This document shows, piece by piece, positions 58,801 through 64,000 of a stretch of 64,000 nt of DNA (positions are counted from its first letter, which is position 1; each line of letters begins with the position of its first letter). The position numbers and the translations under genes are program-made. The stretch is from Candidatus Micrarchaeia archaeon (GTDB lineage Archaea; Micrarchaeota; Micrarchaeia; Micrarchaeales; CABMGC01): positions 32,001-96,000 of the forward strand of contig JBMFHL010000001.1 of assembly GCA_049976845.1 (NCBI GenBank), given 5' to 3'. The notes below the pieces were generated by a model. It searched no databases. It saw only the letters and a program-made list of their open reading frames with translations, and was not told where the DNA came from.

Positions 58801-59335
58801 CATATCTCTCCACCTCCTCCTGTGTTGGCTTATAAGCTCCTATATTGAAAAGTTTCCTTGCATAGTCTCCGAATGCAACCGATAGTGCAGCAGCAGTGCC
58901 ACCCGCACCCCTTATGGGTCCAGCGTAAACTATTGATATATAATCCGAATTGTCTTGGTTCTTGTAATGTGAAACTCCTTGTATGCCTTCTGTTGGGGCA
59001 ACAACAACGCCATCTGTTATTATAGACAGACCTATTCTTACTGCAAGCTCTATCCTCTTTATATTGTCATACCTGTCAAACATCTTGTTCTCACAAACCT
59101 CTTTTACTATCTTGAATGCAAGAGCAGTCTTCTCCTTCCCATCATAATTCTTTCTTATTATCTCAGCAAGACCATCTATACCCATTATGCCTTCTACCCT
59201 GCTTGCAAGATCTGGGGCAGGCTTAATCTCTATTTCTTTTTTAGGGTCAAAGCCCTTCGCTTTAGCCGCTTTTGCAACTTCGAAAGCATCGTCGAACCTT
59301 TTTGTAAGATCTTTAAAATAATCATCATTATCCAT
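55892..59335 (-). CDS. polC: DNA polymerase D large subunit DP2
   Basis: YAGPIRGAGGT, LRYGRSRLTG, RIGRPEKAKER, RRNCDGDED, YRRVPL.GKC, C-terminal PIP-like QFNLSKF. Confidence 0.96.
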   Translation of the reverse strand: MDNDDYFKDLTKRFDDAFEVAKAAKAKGFDPKKEIEIKPAPDLASRVEGIMGIDGLAEIIRKNYDGKEKTALAFKIVKEVCENKMFDRYDNIKRIELAVRIGLSIITDGVVVAPTEGIQGVSHYKNQDNSDYISIVYAGPIRGAGGTAAALSVAFGDYARKLFNIGAYKPTQEEVERYVEEVELYHMKAHLQYRPSDDDLRSIVSNCPVCVDGVSTEDIELNVHRDIKRREFTGKEVIVTNRVRGGVALVLCEGVAQKAKKLVKEVKSAGLDWDWLNSVIKVTKIEKSEAGEEKVAVFLEELVAGRPVIAYPGFIGGLRLRYGRSRLTGIAAKGFSPATMILLDSFVATGTQLKVELPGKGCIAAPVDSIEGPFVKLKSGEALRINDANTAKLLKNEVEEIISLGDILITYGDFKKSNTLLQPSSYVEELWLQELRSKGYENVIGNGISFDDAYRISLKYGVAIYPKYLFEFQAVDVKALEEVARAIIRNSKINFASGSSLFEVESIILEYQNGIKRYLELLQVPHKMQDDKIAIYGDFAKSLLASLGFASGEEGKLEVSEISTDRYANYSKVLELVNGVAPFKIPRRSSYIGARIGRPEKAKERLMKPAPHVLFPIGEYGGKERNITKAYMMDEKKFSNKGIYVDIANYKCDKCKRTLDLSYCYDCGAKASIERICPKCGVHTESYKCEVCGSETIGHSERNVDLRNLVSNSMKNLRISKLPDVLKGVKGLFSRDRIAEPLEKGILRSLHNVYIFKDGTSRFDATDSPITHFYPSEIGTSVEKLRELGYDKDIYGKELVEGSQLVEMRHQDVIINRRGGEYLLRVANFIDDLLERFYGLERFYNATSISDLIGQLVITLSPHTSCGVLGRIIGFSDANVGFAHPYMISARRRNCDGDEDTSMLLLDGLVNFSKEYLPTTIGGTMDAPLILTLHVLPEEVDDEVHSMEVAPSFSIDFYNRTMNYSPPGDAEVELVKDRLSDGSRFYNLNFTHGTSEHAIADAPKKSTYTTLKTMHEKVDAEFRLMDMLDSVDKRDAAKRLIISHFIPDLIGNLHSFSRQAFRCSVCNAKYRRVPLAGKCPKDGGKLLLTISKGGIEKYLELAISLGKKYELEPYITQRLDLVKEEINSLFGEAPEAETKQFNLSKFI

Positions 59336-59345
59336 AATACCACTG

Positions 59346-60848
59346 TTATTCTATGTTTTTGAAATCTACAGTAGTGAGCCTCGAGCTTTTCATCTCGTAT
59401 ACAGGCATGAGTGCTGGAGAAGGCAGATGTCCCTGTTTTATCTGAAATGATGTCCTGCTTTGCCAGGTCCCACTGTTTACTACAAGCGTACCATGATAAT
59501 CCATGGCGCCATTCTTATGTATATGGCCCATGTTAAGAATGTCTGGTACTTCATCTATAACAAGGGCGTCACTTTTAGTTGGGAGTATCTTGTTTCCGCC
59601 ATATATTGGGGAAAGATGCCTCCTCTTGAGCAGCTCGGTCATAGCCACCTCCGGTTTTGCATAGCTGCATCCAGGTATCGATTGTATAACAGAATCTAAG
59701 GAGGTGCCATGATATGCAAGAATGTTTACCCCATGCAATTTTATGTAGCTTGGATTAGTTACCAAATGCACATTATCCATTTTAAAATCATTTATGAGAT
59801 CTTTGCCCAGTGCAGGCTGTGGTTCGGTGCTTTGCACCGCGTCATGGTTCCCAGCTAGGATAAAGGTGTGTATATAATCAGGCACCGAAGCAATAAAATC
59901 AAAGAATATTGAGTATTGCTTGTATATGTCAGAGACTATAAGCTCCTTGTCCTGGTTTGGATATACTCCTATGCCATCAACAAGATCTCCGGAGATGACT
60001 AGATACTTTATCTTAGCAGCAAGTTCTTTCATATAGTCAAGGTTGCCATTTAGCCATCTGAGCATCTGGCTGAAATTCTTCTCCATGAAAAGCTTGCTGC
60101 CAATATGAACATCAGATACAAAACCCACAGCGACATCCTCTTTGCTTGTCTTCCTGGGTCTTATGGGAATATCCGGCCAAAGGATTGCATTTGCGATAAC
60201 AAATGGCCCAGAAACTTTACCCCGCACTGCGATTATATCATCCTTTATTATCTTTTTTGCATTCTCGAAGAGGTCCTGTGTATGCTTAAAGCCCTCTTTC
60301 ATGAAAATTACTTTTGCAGTGCCTGTTTCATCCTCTATTGTAACAAAGATGTTGTCATTCTTAGTAATTCTTTTATCATAAACCATGCCTATTATTGATA
60401 CTTCCCTTCCATTTGCATACTCCTTAAGCTTGTCTATGCTGTTTATCCTACCATTGATTATATTGCCCCTTCCACTTTCTATTATCTCCCTAATTTTCCT
60501 AAACCTGTCATTTAAATAAGAAACGAAATCGTCAAGCCTGCCAGAGGTCCTCTCAATTGTGCTTTGCCTTATGCTAAAATTGCTCTCAAATTCCTTTGCC
60601 ACGGGTTCAAAATCGCTTACTCTGTTAATCTCTATCCTTATTGGGCTCTTCTCCTCTTTCATCTTCTCCAGAATCTCTGCGAGTGCCTGCTTTGTCAGTA
60701 TGCCAGCAGTCTCGCTACCACCAAAATAATCAGTTATGTGCGCAATCAACGATTCGAAATCAGCATCAGCTATATCGCTCTCACTTATGTCTGAGCTTAC
60801 TATGACACGACCACTGAGCCTATTTGCTAACTGTGTAAGAGTATCCAT
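59346..60848 (-). CDS. polB: DNA polymerase D small subunit DP1
   Basis: SDVHIGS, GDLVDGIGVYPNQ, GNHD, YHGTSLD, RHLSP.YG, GHIH, NSGTWQ. Confidence 0.95.
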   Translation of the reverse strand: MDTLTQLANRLSGRVIVSSDISESDIADADFESLIAHITDYFGGSETAGILTKQALAEILEKMKEEKSPIRIEINRVSDFEPVAKEFESNFSIRQSTIERTSGRLDDFVSYLNDRFRKIREIIESGRGNIINGRINSIDKLKEYANGREVSIIGMVYDKRITKNDNIFVTIEDETGTAKVIFMKEGFKHTQDLFENAKKIIKDDIIAVRGKVSGPFVIANAILWPDIPIRPRKTSKEDVAVGFVSDVHIGSKLFMEKNFSQMLRWLNGNLDYMKELAAKIKYLVISGDLVDGIGVYPNQDKELIVSDIYKQYSIFFDFIASVPDYIHTFILAGNHDAVQSTEPQPALGKDLINDFKMDNVHLVTNPSYIKLHGVNILAYHGTSLDSVIQSIPGCSYAKPEVAMTELLKRRHLSPIYGGNKILPTKSDALVIDEVPDILNMGHIHKNGAMDYHGTLVVNSGTWQSRTSFQIKQGHLPSPALMPVYEMKSSRLTTVDFKNIE

Positions 60849-60923
60849 TATTCCCCCAAAGCTTATAATCCTGATAACTATAAATATGCAATGTAAGCTT
60901 TTTGGCTAATTAATTACAAAAAA

Positions 60924-62252
60924 TTACCAATTCGGTTTTTTTGCAATATGCTTATACTGTGTCAGCGGCAAGCCAAGGCGCGTGCGCTCCGCCTTTGCAA
61001 GTATATAATAAATTGTTATAAAAACGAGCATTGCAAATGTAAGTATTATGCTCAGTCTTGTGAGAAATATCAGCAGCATCGAGGTAAGTATAAGCCCAAG
61101 TGCTGGTATCGCAATGAAATATTTTGAGCCAAAGAGCATCCTATTGCGGTCTTTTCTATACATAAATGCAAGCTTTATTGCGCCTAGGTTTGCTATCGCA
61201 TAAGAAACCAAGGCAGCAGAGTTGCTTAGCGCGACAATCTCCTTGAAGCTTATTGCAAACATTGCAAGTACCATTATAAGCGAAGGTATTGCTATAGCTG
61301 CATCAGGCACTCCATATTTATTTATCCTATTAAATACCTTTGGCAGATCGTGGTCTCTTGACATCGCAAAAACCACTCTTGACAAGCCAAGTATCATTGC
61401 AAGGTCAACATTAACTGTGGCAACTATTGCGCCAAGCGATATTGCATAATCTATAATTTTGTTGTGCGTTGCATAATACATTGCATTTGCCAAAGGCGCA
61501 GTAGAGCTGCTGATGTTCTGGTAAGGAATAATACCTATAAGCACAAACATTACAAGCGTATAAACTAACGCAGAAATAGCTATCGAAACTATTATTGCCT
61601 TTGGTATAGTCTTTTTCGGCTTCTCTATCTCCTCTCCAAGCATCGTCACCCTTGCAAACCCTGTGTATGCAAAGAAGATGAATGCAGAAGATACTGCCAC
61701 GCCTCCGAGCCCTTTAGGTAAGAGCGGCACAAAATTAGAGGTTTTTACGAAGAAAATCCCTATAATTACAAAAAGCACAAGTATTGAAATATTCACTATT
61801 ATAAGCAGCACAGAGATCCTTGCAGAATGCTTTACCCCAAAGTAGTTTATCACTGCAAGCACTATTATAAGAAGTGCAGCCATAACCTCAGAGCTTAATG
61901 GTATATTGAATATACTAAGGAAATAGCCACCAAAGCTAAGTGCAACTGCGGCTCCAGATATTATAGTGGCTGCTATCCAGACAAAACCTGCAATAAAGCC
62001 GGCGTAGCTGCCAAGCACTTCCCTGGAATATTCATAGTTACCTCCTTCTCTAGCATATACATGTGCAAGCTCGGCAAAGCTCATGCCAGTGAAAATAGCA
62101 ATTATTGCCCCTATTGCTATAGAAAATATGACGCCAGGCCCAGCAAGCCCGGCCGCAAGTCCACTTATAGTAAATATACCGGCGCCTATTATGGCGCTTA
62201 TATTTATTGCTAAGGCTTCTAAGAATGTTACATTCCTTCTAAGCTTTGGCAT
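60924..62252 (-). CDS. APC-family amino acid permease
   Basis: IIGAGIF, AEL, GG.Y.Y, FFAYTGF...EE..P...IPKAI, SRVVFAMSRD. Confidence 0.88.
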   Translation of the reverse strand: MPKLRRNVTFLEALAINISAIIGAGIFTISGLAAGLAGPGVIFSIAIGAIIAIFTGMSFAELAHVYAREGGNYEYSREVLGSYAGFIAGFVWIAATIISGAAVALSFGGYFLSIFNIPLSSEVMAALLIIVLAVINYFGVKHSARISVLLIIVNISILVLFVIIGIFFVKTSNFVPLLPKGLGGVAVSSAFIFFAYTGFARVTMLGEEIEKPKKTIPKAIIVSIAISALVYTLVMFVLIGIIPYQNISSSTAPLANAMYYATHNKIIDYAISLGAIVATVNVDLAMILGLSRVVFAMSRDHDLPKVFNRINKYGVPDAAIAIPSLIMVLAMFAISFKEIVALSNSAALVSYAIANLGAIKLAFMYRKDRNRMLFGSKYFIAIPALGLILTSMLLIFLTRLSIILTFAMLVFITIYYILAKAERTRLGLPLTQYKHIAKKPNW

Positions 62253-62259
62253 TAAATCA

Positions 62260-62535
62260 TTATTCCTTTATTGATTCAAGCAAGCTTAATATATTCCATA
62301 CAATTGTTCTCGCATATGGGGGCAAGTTAATATCGTTGCTAACCTCGTCTATTTTGTATGTTGCTGCAGAAGCCTTCACCGCGTAGCTATCCTCTTTATT
62401 AAGCTCATTTTTTGCCTCTTCAAGCGCACTCTTCACATTCCTAGGAACGCTGTTGTCATTTAGCAATAAATCTACTTGCTGCTTTATCTGCATCAGAACT
62501 TCATCAAATTTTTTTGCGTCTTTCATAGTACTCAC
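62260..62535 (-). CDS. UPF0147 family protein
   Basis: DNSVPRNVK, DINLPPYARTIVWNILSLLESI. Confidence 0.85.
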   Translation of the reverse strand: MSTMKDAKKFDEVLMQIKQQVDLLLNDNSVPRNVKSALEEAKNELNKEDSYAVKASAATYKIDEVSNDINLPPYARTIVWNILSLLESIKE

Positions 62536-62547
62536 CTATATTCGCTG

Positions 62548-62638
62548 CGGGCCCGGCGGGATTTCCATGTATTATATTTTGAACCCACGACCGTCAGCTT
62601 AGAAGGCTGCTGCTCTATCCAAGCTGAGCTACGGGCCC
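62548..62638 (-). tRNA. tRNA-Arg(UCU) with 16-nt non-canonical intron in the T loop (~59/60; 62562-62577)
   Basis: GGGCCCG/CGGGCCC-G, GCUC/GAGC D stem, CAGC-CUUCUAA-GCUG, GUGGG-UUCAAA[16 nt]U-CCCGC. Confidence 0.88.
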
Positions 62639-62675
62639 AATACATTAATATTAAACTACCATATATAAAAACCTC

Positions 62676-63437
62676 TCATATATAAAAAAATTCCCTTAAA
62701 TTGTCGAGGGTCTTTTCAGCTACGTAATCTACTCCCAAACCTTTTGCATTTGCAACAATGAGTGCAGATTTTTTAACATCTGCAGGGGTTTTCCCTACTA
62801 CTGGCGAGTCTGTTTCAAGCAAAATGCTTTTGAGGCTTAGCGCCTTAATCATCCTATACCTTTTGCTTGACTCTATAGGTGGCACAGAAGCAAAGTAGCC
62901 TAGTCCTTCTATACGCTTTGCATCTACCTCATCACCTTCAAAGAAGTGGAAAAGCACGCGCTTTATACTCATTTCTTCAAGTATGCTAATAGTCTCGTTA
63001 AGTGCACCTCTAGAGTGGACAACCACTGGCACTTCTAGCCTTTCAGCAACTTCAAGCTGCATCTTGAATATTTCTATCTGCTTTTCAATGAGTTTTTCAT
63101 CCTGTGTAATCTTTCTGTCTATACCTATCTCCCCGATTCCTACAATATTTCTGCTGCTTTTTACAAGCCCCTCAAGTTGTGTTTCATCTCCGTATTCGTT
63201 GACAAAATCGGGGCTTATTCCAATGACTCCATAGACATTTGTTCCATTTGCAAGCATTGCTGTCTCTGCATTATCTTTGTTGCTACCTCCTGCCGTTACA
63301 ATAGTGCTAATACCCTCTAATATTGCTGATTCAATCGCTTTTCTAGGGTCTTCGAAAAGGTTTAAATGGCAGTGTGCATCGCCAAACTCTGCTTTTGTTA
63401 ATTGGTTTTGCTCCATGCTGCTGGAGGTTTGGTACAT
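62676..63437 (-). CDS. tatD: TatD-family nuclease
   Basis: DAHCHL, IGEIGID, VVHSR, FHFF, LLETDSP. Confidence 0.9.
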   Translation of the reverse strand: MYQTSSSMEQNQLTKAEFGDAHCHLNLFEDPRKAIESAILEGISTIVTAGGSNKDNAETAMLANGTNVYGVIGISPDFVNEYGDETQLEGLVKSSRNIVGIGEIGIDRKITQDEKLIEKQIEIFKMQLEVAERLEVPVVVHSRGALNETISILEEMSIKRVLFHFFEGDEVDAKRIEGLGYFASVPPIESSKRYRMIKALSLKSILLETDSPVVGKTPADVKKSALIVANAKGLGVDYVAEKTLDNLREFFYI

Positions 63438-63574
63438 AAAAATACCTAATTAAACAAAACATTTTAAATATTAATACCTACCTAATGAATTTACAGTTAG
63501 GTATCAAGTCTTTCAAATTTATTAGATTAATTTCAAGAGCTAATACTCAAATCAAGCATTTTTGGTTGGTTTTA

Positions 63575-64000
63575 ATGGAAGAAGAGATAAAAAAGATTGA
63601 AAAAAATGAAAAAAAGGAAGAATCAGAAACCAAGAAACTTGCTAAAACTGTAAAATCTTTGCAGATAGTTTCATGGGCAGCGTTGCTTATGGGCATAATT
63701 GCAATAATCATCGCAGCACTTTCTATAATGAGCATTTCAAGCACAACGCAGCTAGCCCCTACAACTGTAGCTCCTACAACCATACCAATTGGAGCAACAA
63801 ATACAAGTATATCGCTGCACTCAATAAATGTAAGTGGACCTTTGGTAGTTCCGCCGATGAGCTTACCCAATGCACCCATAATAACACAAAATCAGACCTT
63901 CGGTTTTAGATTAACAAACGTAAACGAGCCCCTAAATCAATCAGAGCTTGCAGTTATTAACAATGCCTCTGATTCATATTTTGAAAAGGCAGGAGAAATG
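63575..64000 (+). CDS. Membrane-anchored secreted protein, 5' part (possibly DUF929-like; not in the ORF track)
   Basis: Open from ATG 63575 to the window end: charged N-terminus, TM helix, Thr/Pro linker, NxS/T sequons. Confidence 0.7.
   Translation, partial: MEEEIKKIEKNEKKEESETKKLAKTVKSLQIVSWAALLMGIIAIIIAALSIMSISSTTQLAPTTVAPTTIPIGATNTSISLHSINVSGPLVVPPMSLPNAPIITQNQTFGFRLTNVNEPLNQSELAVINNASDSYFEKAGEM

Noticed and set aside
55892..59335. Inteins in DP2 (also checked RadA, Cdc6, GyrA/B, Lhr)
   Set aside because: Lengths are normal and the usual insertion sites (e.g. RRNCDGDED) are uninterrupted.
159..63909. Many short ORFs in the track overlapping called genes (e.g. 159-371, 477-797, 10526-11179, 40202-40741, 49735-50226, 63547-63879, 63673-63909)
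   Set aside because: Antisense or out-of-frame shadows of well-supported genes, with no motifs.
1..64000. CRISPR array, rRNA genes, integrase or prophage, defence island
   Set aside because: No regularly spaced repeats, no long GC-rich RNA-like tract and no such motifs seen by eye.

Overview
Gene-dense, AT-rich archaeal chromosome segment, most likely from a DPANN archaeon of the Micrarchaeota (ARMAN-like). The assignment is inferred from a ~385-aa three-unit-sized tRNA splicing endonuclease, tRNAs with relaxed or non-canonical introns, PolD, bacterial-type gyrase and streamlined conserved operons. Most of the window is housekeeping: replication and repair (PolD DP1/DP2, Cdc6, GINS, SSB, RadA, Mre11, Lhr, GyrAB), transcription (TFE, RpoP), translation (eIF2a, L44e, L37Ae, L34e, L14e, HisRS, Dph5, Taw1, four tRNAs), the RNase P-proteasome-exosome superoperon, thermosome and prefoldin, N-glycosylation (AglB, GT4) and amino-acid or acetate energy metabolism. 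The most unusual items are: a stand-alone half-TBP (one TBP repeat) divergent from the thermosome; an orphan ~80-nt structured RNA with its own TATA box and U-tract; a probable arginine synthetase (ArcE family); an atypical histone / Zn-ribbon / PRC-barrel operon; a tail-anchored tandem winged-helix protein; and tRNA-Arg with a T-loop intron. Several features are missing from the ORF track: tmk, rpoP, a DUF72-like pseudogene, an IS200 tnpA remnant and a partial membrane protein at the right edge. No CRISPR array, rRNA or intact mobile element was seen. All family calls come from motif recognition by eye, not from database searches.
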